In this document: one piece after another, positions 39,661 to 51,565 of the stretch | Position numbering within the stretch: position 1 is the stretch's first letter | Layout: each line of letters begins with the position of its first letter | NCBI RefSeq assembly: GCF_964204865.1 | Contig: NC_135256.1 | Span: 11,656,001-11,720,000, forward strand | Length of the DNA stretch: 64,000 bases | Direction of reading: 5' to 3' | DNA from: Styela clava | Taxonomy: Eukaryota | Position numbers and translations under genes: made by a program | Notes under the pieces: generated by a model | Databases searched by the model: none | Seen by the model: the letters and a program-made list of their open reading frames with translations, nothing else | What the model was told of the DNA's origin: nothing

Positions 39661-41456
39661 AGTGCCCTAAGCACTTTGGTGAACCCTGATGTGTGATTTA
39701 AAATATAAATACAATACTGTATACCACATAAGTATATTATCAATCAATAACAACACTAAAAATCCATCAGAAACAACAAAAAACACAGCGAACATTTTCA
39801 GGTCTTCTGATAATTTTGAGAAATTACTGTTGAAATTCACTGGGTTAGTATCAATAAGCTTTTGACAACACTGCCAATACCCGTCCTTGTCAACAGCTAA
39901 GGAGACATTTGATTGTAGCGGTACATCATTGAGTAAAATCGTATTTCTGCAATTTTATTTTATATCTATCCTCTTTTCTTCATTGCAGTTACAAAATAGT
40001 CAACAACTGAGCAAAATAAAGTGATATGAAATTAGTCTCTGGCATTCAAATATAAATCTGCTGCATCTCCTTAATTGAGCAAATTATTTCTGATACGTTT
40101 ACGAGTTGGAACTGCCTTGCAATCCACACCTGGTAGTATTTCCGTTGCAGCTGCATCGCAGCGAATAATAGCGTAATAATATATTAGGATCTGCACGTGT
40201 TTGTTTTGAAATATTCTGTGGAAATTCCTTCTGAAACGATAACACGAAAACAAATTCTAGCTCTTGCATATTATTTGCATCTATTCTAGCATCTTTGTTT
40301 TGTGACTTGTACATTTCACTGCTTTTTGAGAAAAAAGTTTAAAATCGCCAACCATCTGGTATCAGTGAGGGATGTCAAAATTTAATTTCCATACCAAAAA
40401 ACTCTCCCATATAAAAACATTCCCGACTTTGCCGAACACTAAAGATCTCAGAAATGCGATCGCGTAAATTTTGATGATGCCGTCACTCGTCAGTATAACA
40501 TGGGATTGAAAACAAATACCATTGGACCCAAAAAAAATTTTTGAAAAATAAATAGCCTATAGTTCTAGCGGAAACAACAATCTTTAGCCAACAAGCAATT
40601 GGTCCCATCGTTTTAAGAGGAAACAGATTTCTCTAAAACGATGAAAAAAAAACAGCAAGAAGAAAAACACGAAACTCGATTTAACAAAACGATCCATAAG
40701 TCCATTTCGTGTCTAATAAGTAATTTTGAGTGTTCATTACTAATTGATGGCCAAGATATGAATATTTTACATGATTTTGGAGATATTTCGAAAAACATCA
40801 TAAAAGAGAAGATTAACGATACCTAAATAGGAAGAATGCGAATATTTTCAAGTCTGTTCCGTCTTACCAACACTGATGCACAATTGCAAATTCAGCTATA
40901 AAAATTTCTGTGGTGCCCCCTTTTGCTTGGTGCCTTAAGCACGTGCTTATATTGTTTAATGGTTCCTTCCGGCGCTGACCACATTCATACATATTAAGTT
41001 TTCTATGACCGACACGACAAGCGAGAAGCCATGTGTATCAGTTTCAAAGGTCATTGTGAAAATAATAAATAATAATAAACTATTGCATTATAGATTTACA
41101 CGTACTTTAGATACTTGATTTAACCTAGCGAGACCATGCCAATGGAAGTTTACAGCAATATTTTGACAATGCCGGGATGCGAAATTGGGGTCGTGTATTA
41201 ACCTGTACATTTCTGTACAGGAAGGGTGAGATATATCTTGACACGGCCATGCCTCGCTAAAACAAAGTTGATGCTTTCGGTAATAGCAAATTTCGGCGAT
41301 AACAAATAGAACAGTAAGTAGCCTTATTCTATACACGACACATCGATTGTGCACTATCAATATAAATGCTCGATCGAAAAAAGCATGCACATTTTTATCA
41401 GTCGTCAATGCGTCCACTTCTAATAATATTTATCAGGCAAGACATCTTGTTACTGA

Positions 41457-42251
41457 ATGTACATCATGCTTTATTTGGTAATACTGAATTTTATTGTTCT
41501 TACTGGCGCAGTAGGGTTGGAGCCAAAATGCTCAAGTGAATGGGACACAACCAACTCGTTCCTCAACATCGCATTGGACTGGTACAGTACCGCCGTACAA
41601 AGTGGCGACGATGAGGCAAATATGGAATCAAGAAATAATACTCTTCTTCCAACGTCCTCTAGTGCTACGTGTTCTGCCCATATAGATGAAAAATCATCAC
41701 TAGTCACCATGACTTTAGATTGGGCAATTCCAAATAATGGCATGATCGACGACGATACATTGTCAGTTTCTGAACTTTCAAATGCGATATCAGATTTAGA
41801 TTGGCAAATTAAAAAAATTGAATACCGCTTGAAACATGTCGAGCAGGGTTGGTTGGTAATTGGCAAAAGACGTTTTTGGTTTGGTGCACAGACAATGAAT
41901 TGGCAAGCGGCATCTAATGAATGTAAGTATAAAGGAGGAAGACTCCTTTCGAAGGGAATGCGTAATTACAATGAAAAGAACGAAATTGTATCCATGGTTC
42001 GACTTAAGAATGCAGTTTATTGGGTCGGGCTAAATGATATTAAAGATGAGGGCACATGGATATGGTCAGATGGGAAGTACGCTAGTTCCAACGAAAGACC
42101 CAGACAAAACAGAAAAAAACGGAAAAGAAGACGTGAAGATTGCGCAACTTTATTTTGGCAACGTGGCAAAAACAAGAAACTGCGTGGTGAAGTTGAAGAT
42201 CAAGAATGCTCTAAAGAATTTCGAGTCATATGCGAAAAACATTTATTTTAA
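41457..42251 (+). CDS. Secreted C-type lectin domain protein (intronless), paralog B
   Basis: Highly similar to 32872-33630, including flanking DNA (41100-41450 resembles 32510-32870). CTLD YWVGLNDIKDEGTWIWSDG...EDCA...CSKEFRVICEK. Confidence 0.9.
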   Translation: MYIMLYLVILNFIVLTGAVGLEPKCSSEWDTTNSFLNIALDWYSTAVQSGDDEANMESRNNTLLPTSSSATCSAHIDEKSSLVTMTLDWAIPNNGMIDDDTLSVSELSNAISDLDWQIKKIEYRLKHVEQGWLVIGKRRFWFGAQTMNWQAASNECKYKGGRLLSKGMRNYNEKNEIVSMVRLKNAVYWVGLNDIKDEGTWIWSDGKYASSNERPRQNRKKRKRRREDCATLFWQRGKNKKLRGEVEDQECSKEFRVICEKHLF

Positions 42252-42294
42252 TGCATCTTCAAGTCTTTCATCAATCACAAAAGATATTCAAACT

Positions 42295-42670
42295 ATCTTA
42301 ATATTCCATATCGAACCATGCCCAAGGAATACATTTATACCTATGTACAAGGAAAGTGAAAAAGATTTGCAAGATATATTAACGTAGAGCATACTATATA
42401 TTTAATATTAATATCATCATATTATTATTATCATCATGTGCATCGTTATTTAAAAATTAAAATATTCAATCAGAATATTCATTTGATCTTACTATTCCAA
42501 ATCGAACTATGTCCGAAGAAAACATAAATACCTAATATAAAGAAAGTGAAAAAAGTATGCAAGATATATTAACGTAGAGCATATTGTATATTTATTATTA
42601 ATATCATCATATTATTAGTATCATCATATGCATCGCTATTTAATAAATATAATATTTAACCAGAATATTT
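42295..42670. repeat. Diverged tandem duplication (2 x ~192 bp) downstream of lectin B
   Basis: atctta.tattcca.atcgaac...gcaagatatattaacgtagagcat... at 42295 and 42487; only one copy follows lectin A. Confidence 0.8.
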
Positions 42671-43072
42671 GATTATAAATATAATATTTAACCGATTGTT
42701 TGGAACTGGTTATAACATTCATAGGACATGTGCATGTATGGAACTTTCGCCAGAAAACTTTAATTACCATCCTTGTCCTCAAAAGTTCATTGACTTTTTC
42801 CTAAGAAGCTAATTTGAACCCGGCCAAAATTGTTGCAGCTTTAACGCGATTTAGTACAACCATTGTGCTTGCAAATGCACCAATCTAACGTAAGTAGGAT
42901 TGAACCCGAACTTCCGCATTATAGTCCGGCAGATAAGGGGACCTTTTTGGCCCAAGTTTGATTTCAGACATAAAGTTTTTTTTATTTGTGATTATTCATC
43001 TTGGGGTCATTGCCAATCATTTCTACATGGGTTTGGAGTTCGCAGCCTTGAGCAATTTTTTTACGGCTCGAT

Positions 43073-43570
43073 ATTTGTATTAGTGTTTTTCGTCAAACCT
43101 GTGCATCATAATGACGCACAACCTTAACCATAACCTGTTACAATACTACGTTCAGGTTGTACGCAATCTTGGTGCACAAACTACGCAAGCACCAAATTTA
43201 CTAGGAAATAAAATCAATAACTTTTAGGTATTTGTTGAGATATTGGTATTAGTGTTTTTCTTCAAACTTGTGCATAATAATGACGCACAACCTGAACCAT
43301 AACCTGCTACAATACTTTGTTCAGGTTGTGCGCAATCTTGGTGCACAAACTACGCAAGCACCAAATTTACTAGGAAATAAAATCAATAACTGTATTTGTT
43401 GAGATATTGGTATTAGTGTTTTTCTTCAAACTTGTGCATCATAATGACGCACAACCTGAACCATAACCTGCTACAATACTTTGTTCAGGTTGTGCGCAAT
43501 CTTGGTGCACAAACTACGAAAGCACCAAATTTACTAGGAAATAAAATCAGTAACTTTTATGTATTTGTTG
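43073..43570. repeat. Tandem array of three ~165-bp units, each carrying a MITE-derived hairpin
   Basis: Units tattagtgttttt...gcacaacctgaacc...gttcaggttgtgcgcaatcttggtgc...agcaccaaatttactagg; related to the 31495 MITE family. Confidence 0.85.
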
Positions 43571-43703
43571 AACCCAGCTTTGGGTCGCGACCAATATAGA
43601 GAGAAATACTGCTGAAACGTACGCGTAAAATAAAGAGTACTATTTCAAAATACCCTCTATTGTTGCAATTAACAATACAAGCCTGCTAATGCAGTCGCCA
43701 GTG

Positions 43704-44223
43704 GTTCAAGTGGATATACATCCGGTGGAGAACAGTCAATTATTTGTTAGCGAGAATTGTTATGCAGAGGGATGATCACGACGACGCAGTGAAAGATAAT
43801 TATATCACGAGAACAAGAATGAGAAAATTTGAGCATCGCTTTCTTGTCTCACACAATACAATATCAGGTACAATTGAAGATTTTCAAGACTGGAAATATT
43901 TATAACATACTTGCAGTCCAACAGCTAATATTTTCCATGCTTTCGTACGGACAAAGTCCAAAGTTCAAGTGGATATACATCCGGTGGAGAACAGTCAATT
44001 ATTTGTTAGCGAGAATTGTTATGCAGAGGGATGATCACGACGACGCAGTGAAAGATAATTATATCACGAGAACAAGAATGAGAAAATTTGAGCATCGCTT
44101 TCTTGTTTCACACAATACAATATCAGGTACAATTGAAGATTTTCAAGACTGGAAATATTTATAACATACTTGCAGTCCAACAGCTAATATTTTCCATGCT
44201 TTCGTACGGACAAAATCCAAAGT
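43704..44223. repeat. Near-perfect direct tandem duplication, 2 x 259 bp
   Basis: gttcaagtggatatacatccggtggag...ttcgtacggacaaa at 43704 and 43963. Confidence 0.95.
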
Positions 44224-44439
44224 CGTTTTCCCATAAACAGTATAGCCCACAATTAATTTAGGACTTAAAATTTGGTTACACCAAGCATTAGATGAATATT
44301 TATTTTGGTTTTGCGTTGGCTTGAATGTTTGAGCGTGTTTTAGAGGAACAAAGATGAATGTTAAATTAATAAAGTCGGCAATACTTTCATGAATTACTAC
44401 ATTATATATCTATGATATATATAATCATTGCTCTTATAT

Positions 44440-47358
44440 TTACATTAACTTTAATTTCAGTGATTCACGGAGCTCGTTCAAGTAGTTGGTGTCCGGGTAT
44501 CCATTGCTGAAATTAAAACATACCTGGAGTTGGAGCAACCAAAAATTACACATAATATCCTAAAGAAGTATACTGACTTGTCCAGCCCCCCGTCAATACT
44601 GGTCTTATGCGGTATGTCTTTCCATGTAATAGTTCCGCACCCATCACTCTGCTTCTCAATCTTAAATATCATCCCGGCATTAAATGCCAGTCGGAGATAA
44701 TCAATAAGTTGTATTACGCCATCTTCTATTGGTAAATAGGCGGTGATTTTTTGAGCTGAATAAGGGATTCCCTGCATATTGAAATATATATATTGCATAT
44801 TAAAAAATTATAAGTCCGCCTTCTTCTCAAACTGTCTTTGCACAAAAGTTACCTCAAAAGTTCCAGCAGGAAAGCTATAGTTAATAACATAGTAGTTACA
44901 CCACCCAAACTCAGTCGTATAAAGTTCTGAAGGATGGATATTCATTTGACCACCAGATATTCTATTCAGCACCGTTATGTGTTGGTTTTGTTCTAATTTA
45001 CCTGAAAAGTTGAAAAATATTTCATTGAATTGTCAAACCGATTAAGAAATGACACATCAACTTTGTGTTTGAATGGTATAGTGAATTGTTCATAAATAGG
45101 ATTATCGTGAATTATTTTCCTGGTTCTATAATAAACAATATTTAAAAACCTGTATGAATATTTCGTGTGGTTTCCGAGAATGCGTTTCCAGATCTAAACA
45201 CCGAAGGTAGAGTCGTTGCTGTTGTCGTGTTGTATGTTGTAGACGTATTTCTGAGATTAAATTGGTTGGGAATTGTGGTTACCTGAGTTGTGGCACTTAA
45301 TGAAGTAAATTCAGATTGACTTGTACTACTAATCGTTGAAATTTCTGCTCCAGAAACGAATCCAGACTGAATTGTACTTTTAGGGGCTGAAAATCCTGTT
45401 CCAAAGCCGGATGATCCAGGTTGACTTGTACTTTTAGTCGCTGAAAATCCTGTTCCAAACGCGAATTCAGATTTACTTGTACTTTTAAGGGCTGAAAATT
45501 CTGTTCCAAAACCGAATCCAGACTGACCTATACTTTTAGGCACTGAAGATCCTGTTCCAAAGCCTGATCCAGATTTACTTGTACTTTTGGGCGCGGAAAA
45601 TCCTGTTCCAAGACAGAATCCAGACTGACCTATACTTTTAGGCACTGAAGATCCTGTTCCAAAGCCTGATCCAGATTTACTTGTACTGTTGGACGCGGAA
45701 AATCCTGTTCCAAGACCGAATCCAGACTGACCTGTACTTTTAGATGAAGATCTTGTTCCAAAGCCGCATCCAGGCTGACTTGTACTTTTAGGCGCTGAAT
45801 ATCCTGTTCCAAAACCGAATCCAAACTGACTTGTACTTTTAGGCGCTGAATATCCTGCTGTTCCAAAACCGAATATGGACTGACCTGTACTTTTAGGCTC
45901 TGAATATCCTATTCCAAAGCTCCATCCAGACTGACTTGTACTTTTAGGCGCTGAATATCCTGTTCCAAAACCGAATCCAGACTGACTCGCAGTTTTAGGC
46001 GCTGAATATCCTGGTCCTAAACCGAATACAGACTGACCTGTACTTTTAGACGCTGAATACCCTTTTCCAAAACCGAATCCAGACTGACTCGTACTCTTCT
46101 GCGTTGAAAATCCCTTTCCAAAGCCGAATATGGGCTGACTTGTACTGCCTGACTTGGTTTCATCCGTATTTATCCGACGAAATAATTCATCAATAAGCAA
46201 ATCTTTGCATTCATGAGATTCGGTAACAAGAGTATTGCATCGCACATTTTCACGTAAAAAATCGACAGAAAATTGTTTGAGATCGATCATCCTAATCAAC
46301 TTCGGAAGTGTTTTCTTTCTCATCAAAACATCATGGTTGATCCACATCATTGCTGCCTGCCACCTGTTAGAGCTAGATAGTGAGTGAATTCCTTCTCCTG
46401 ATTTTACCACAAAAACAATCTCTTCGTCACTGAGACTGCCGAACTCTTCTAAATTCATCATATGTTGCAAATTTCCTCTAATGAATCGATGAATTTCAAG
46501 TTTGATTTTACTCCAAATATCGATTTCATTCATCTTATACTTTTGCAATAGGCTTTTCAGCGCAAAGCAAGTATCAATTTCTAAATGCTTCTCAATATCG
46601 GAAAACAGATTGAAAACCACAAAACTCTCCACTGGCTTGTTACCATTCACTAGTGGATCTTTTAAAATGGTCTCCAGAACAAAACGACACGGAAATTTTT
46701 TTAAATTCAATGCATGTACTAGTTCTAAAATATGTTGTTGGTGCGCATCATTTGAGCCCTGCACCCACGTTATTACTGCTTTCCAAAGTGCTTCATGATT
46801 TGCACGTGAAACCTTTATACAATTTGCCAATGTTGCTTTGTTGATAGATGGGAATAATTCATCGGAAATGACGGCTTCGAAATTGGTGGTTACAACTTTC
46901 AATGCGGCCTGTTTTACGTCGCCTCGACTGTACAAATGTGCTAAGTTTAATACATGCAAGCAATTATTCAAAAAAATATTTGATTTCAGATACTGAAAGC
47001 AATAGTCTGTCAACGACAATAGTTGTAAAATATCCGACGCGTTTAAAATATCTCGTAAGGTATCCATCTTCAAATCAACCGTCCCTAAGTACATGAACTG
47101 AATGCACTGAGTGATATCAACAGCGGTCACTCCTGTCATATTAACAAACCCATCAGTAGCCTCCTTCATGTTGTTGAATAGCATGCTCTCAAAATAAGCA
47201 GAGGAAGATATCAATACATTTCGATGAACTAGAAATGATTCATTCTCCACGTTTATTTTGAAATCGCAAAGAACTTTGTTTTCCCTTAACCTAGCAAGGG
47301 AAGTCATCAAACGGTCAGCTTGGTCTGTTTTAAGGGAGCCTGTAATTTTAGGATTCAT
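44440..47358 (-). CDS. BTB-BACK-BACK protein with FG-rich repeats, predicted to splice to a C-terminal Deltex C-terminal (DTC) domain
   Basis: Large exon 47358-45150: BTB (LCDFKINVENESFLVHRNVLISSSAYFESM...MKE), two BACK-like regions and a repeat tract. It joins in phase 1 (ACA G|gt...ag|GT AAA) to exons 45001-44853, 44771-44578 and 44506-44440, which encode GGQM...INYSFPAG...GIPYS...TAYLP...LRLAFNAGMIFKI...ITWKDIPHKTSIDGG..NGYPDTNYLNEL. Confidence 0.75.
45310..46146 (-). repeat. Coding minisatellite: about 16 x 51 bp encoding 17-aa STSQSGFGFGTGYSAPK-type repeats
   Basis: Read directly from the 741-aa ORF; the DNA unit ...cctgttccaaa.ccgaatccagactgac.tgtactttta... recurs. Confidence 0.95.
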
Positions 47359-47419
47359 AGTAAACACTGAAACAAAAATTGTATGAGAGGTCTATGGTGG
47401 CCCATCGGTGTCACGTGTA

Positions 47420-47632
47420 AAATTTAAAAAAATAATGAAAAAGCGGAAATAAAAAAATAGTTGTGAAAAAACATAAAAATAATTGAAAAAAAAGAAATAA
47501 AAAAAAAATTGAAATTAAAAAAAAAATTGAAAAATAAAACAAAAAAAAAAAATTAAAAAAAAAGTTAAAATTAAAAAAAAAAATTAAAAGAAGAAAAAAA
47601 AAAAAAAAAATTGGATAAAAAGAAAATAAAAA
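47420..47632. repeat. A-rich low-complexity tract
   Basis: Runs of A separated by tt/ttg; flanked by copies of gtggcccatcg.tgtcacg. Confidence 0.85.
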
Positions 47633-47644
47633 GGTTGACAACGA

Positions 47645-48742
47645 TGGTCCGCCTCGTGGCCCATCGTTGTCACGCGTTTTTATTTTTGGAAAATTTGATG
47701 CTGCTTGGGACCAACGTTGTCAGGCTTAATCCTACACGCACAAATGTGTTTCCTGGGTTTCTAACTCACTACTGATTTTCATGAGCAATATCCAATAAAT
47801 TCAACATGAAAAAGTTCTATAAATTCTCCATGCTACAAGTTCAACCACAACCAATATATTTATAATAATGATAAGAGAATATAGAATTGGATACGAAAAT
47901 TTGTTTTTACGTGTAGAAGATAATTTAATTGGAAAATGCTGCTTAACTGCTCAGACACTCGTGCGATGCCGGTACGGTACCGTCTGACCGTACCGGTACC
48001 CATGCAATCACTCGTGAAAGAATGGGAGATACGGATAGTCTCGTAGAATATAGTCTACTGAAACACTCTCTGCGCCTGCCCCATACCGTACAGCCGTAAC
48101 GCACCGATCCAGACAAATAATAAATCGCCCGTGCTCAACCATTTATTTCAATCCATACCTCGACTCACTATATTCTACTAGGATCGAGGTATGGATTGAA
48201 ATAAATGGTTGAGCACGGGCGATTTATCATTTGTCTGGATCAGTACGTTACGGCTGTACGGTATGGGGCAGGCGCAGAGAGTGTTTCAGTAGTCTATATT
48301 CTACGAGACTATCCGTATCTCCCATTCTTTCATGAGTGATTGTATGGCTACCGGTACGGTCAGACGCAAAACGACTATAACCGACTACCGGTATTTGGTA
48401 AGACGGTACCGGCATCGCGAGTGTCCAGACAACTGAGTAGTTAAGCAGCATTCTCCAATTAAATTACCTTATACACGTAAAAACAAATTTTCCGAATTTT
48501 CGTATTCAATTCTATATTCTCTTATCATTATTATAAATATATTACTTCTTGTTGAACTTGTAGCATGGAGAATTTATAAAACATTTTCATATTGAATATT
48601 GCTCAAGAAAATCAGTAGTGAGTTTGAAACCCAGGGAACACATTTATGCGCGTAGGATTATGCCTGACAACGTTGGTCCCAAGCAGAAGCAAATTTTCTA
48701 AAAATAAAAACGCGTGACAACGATGGGCCACAAGGCGGACCA
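47645..48742. mobile_element. ~1.1-kb foldback (long inverted repeat) element
   Basis: The arms are reverse complements over about 500 bp (tggtccgcctcgtggcccatcgttgtcacgcg... / ...cgcgtgacaacgatgggccacaaggcggacca), with a ~20-nt central spacer at about 48163-48183. Confidence 0.9.
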
Positions 48743-49612
48743 AGAACTCAGCATTAACTTCTGCGTTTCGTTGCCATTTGTCGAATTATAATTAAATTAT
48801 ATAGGCTCAATAAACGAGAGTAATTGTGATTTTTATACTTGTTAAGTTATAATACAATTTAACCTACACGTGTCTCAATAATTTCTGTTACGTAAAGAAA
48901 ATAATCGTTAAAACAGCTGTTTTGTTACTATAATTCGGTGAACCGTCGCGGGCCGGATTCTATCACTCGCATCCGGCCCGCGGGCCGTAGGCTGCCGACC
49001 TCTGCCTTACGGGCATAGCTGAAGATTTTGAAGGGGGAGGGGGGTCTGAAATTTTCAATTGACAAGTTAGACCAAAACACCTAGCAGGTCCGATCGGAAG
49101 CCGGCAAATGTTAGTTTTCAATAGTCCCGATGGTCTAACTCTAAAAAGTGTTTCAAGTCACGAAAAATTTATATGTATGAATATGATATAGTAAAACAAT
49201 ATGGAAGACTTTTATGTTACACTTAATTAAAGGGGGGTCTGACAGATGTTTGATCTAATATGGTATACTGTACAGTATTTGGAGCCCTTTATACGCTGTA
49301 GAAGCAATGAAATGTTGTTGTTTTTTGAATATGAGTACAAATTGTGTTGCATGCAGCTGTATAGCATTTATTTAGTTAAAAAATCCTTGAGACAATCACC
49401 TGTTGTAGACTTCCAGTGTGTAAAAATATTTATGAAATTTTGGCTGATCCACTGCAGTCTTTTGTTTCCCCCCGTTCATCTGTTATTAATGACCTGAATA
49501 CTGTTGGTAATTTTAGAAATAATAATCAGAATCCAAGTATTTAAATGCTCAATAGGAGATAGATCTAATAGGAAATTACAAATGAATTAATATCCAAAAC
49601 AATTCTCTGTGC

Positions 49613-51545
49613 TAGGCTTGCACGTAATTGACAAAAATCAATTCCGTAATTACGGCAAAATCAATTACGTAATGACCCCGTAATTGCGATATTTTTCCAC
49701 GCATTTACACCTATCATAACAACCGATTGAATCCACTTCTTTTCCGAATGGGACATTGAAGTTGGGTTTTCATATTCTTGGCAGTAGTACACGCCGTCGG
49801 CAGATGTTAAAGACAAATATCAAGGAGTGAATTCAAATTAATTTTATTCTGATTTTTATCTTTTGTGTCAGCTTTGGTTTTCCTTTATCACCTTCGCAAA
49901 CTAACCGTCCCATTTTTATGCGATCAATTTTATTTTATCATTACCGACAATCGTATACGGATATTTATGGAAACGATAGTTTTTTAAAACCACCTTAGTG
50001 CTGAATCAAAATAACGAGTTTCTAATTTATTAACTAACGACGAGCGTATTCTCTCGTTTGATTATACTTGCGATTTCCTCGCGACGAAGACTTGTTTTTG
50101 CAGCGTCTTCTGCATTATCCGACATTACTGCCTTGTTAGCATTTTATAATAATAATTATTGATGTCGACTTATTGACGATATTCCGATTACCAGGCTTCA
50201 TTTTACATTTAATCATTTCGCGGACTGAATGTTTATAACATTATTTGCGATAAATTTAGATCAAATATTATTTATTTGAGTATAATTTAAATATGGAACT
50301 TATATGATATGCCTTCTCCGAAAACACAAAGTTATATCGCAAAACAATGCATTTTGTGACATTTATTTTACACTCACGACATTTATTTGCTAACTCAAGT
50401 CGGCGATCCTATCGGCCAAGATTGACACAAGTTTGGTCGAGTGCCGGTGGTATTCAAGTCGACGATAAATCAAAATAAGTTGCCGCATTTGGTAAGACAG
50501 TTAATCATATATGGCCGAAATATTGAGAGGAATTGTGAAAAACATCATGAGCAAGGCCAAGGCGCGAGGAATCCGTCGTTTAGCTGTTTCTCTGCCGTCT
50601 CAATCGCTTTACCGATGCCGAGAAGACGAAGTTGCGTTGGTTCATTACGCAATCTCTCTTTTGTCGTCATATTGCTATTTGATAAGCGCGACATTAATTA
50701 TCACGGCGAGGTGTTGGCGCGAGTGATCAATCGCTCTTTTCGCTTATTTGGTTCCAATTCGTCGTGAAAGCTCTTCGTTAAATTTCACAAGATCGTCGTG
50801 TTGAAAGGTTATGGATATTTTCCTGTTTATACCCCAAATCTGAAATAAAACAGCCAAAAACAGTATGATATTCCATGTTCATATATCAAGTGTTGATATT
50901 AACAATAAAGAATGGTTAAGCATTGCTAATCCACACTTGGTGGGGAATTCCCACTATTTAAACGCGTGACTATAAAATAGAAACGGAACATATATATTAT
51001 ATACCATAAGTAACGGAAAACTGGAACAAGTAAATAATAAATAAAAGTAAAATGGATACAAATGTTTGATAGACCATGTTTGAAACATTGATCTCCTGCG
51101 TTCATTAGTCATTTCACCCGAAGAAGTTGAAACCGGGCGTGTTAGCGTCCATCGGTCTCAACGCAATTCTATCCCTTATCTACGGTTAAGTTACGGGAGA
51201 AGTTAAAACCAGGTGTGTTGGCGTCAAACGGCCCTACTCAGTTCTTCCCCCTTAACTACGTTAATAATTTACATTGGCCATGCCAGAGAAGTTGATAATA
51301 GGTTAGTAAATGGCAACGCGTCATGCCTTCCTTCACCTACGTAACAAGAGAGAAATAAACGACTGCGAATACCGGAACTCTCTTCTACTTGTTGAGCTTT
51401 CATTTTTCGCAATCGACGAAATTGACTGCTTTGAAGAAAGCTCGTTTCAATGCAATAATTACGACTTTACGTAATTCGTAACTTCCCTTCCGTAACTCCA
51501 AATAATTACGTAATTCCGTAAATCCGTAAATTACGTGCAAGCCTA
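49613..51545. mobile_element. Non-autonomous hAT element, 1.9 kb
   Basis: TIRs TAGGCTTGCACGTAATT / AATTACGTGCAAGCCTA; 8-bp TSD CTCTGTGC (49605-49612, 51546-51553); CGTAAT-rich subterminal repeats. Confidence 0.92.
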
Positions 51546-51565
51546 CTCTGTGCTATACCTGTGCT

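Noticed and set aside
43073-43570. Repeat array superficially resembling CRISPR
   Set aside because: Whole units repeat with no unique spacers; eukaryotic context, no cas genes, MITE-derived.
47411-47641. 76-aa Phe-rich ORF
   Set aside because: Translation of an A-rich low-complexity tract.
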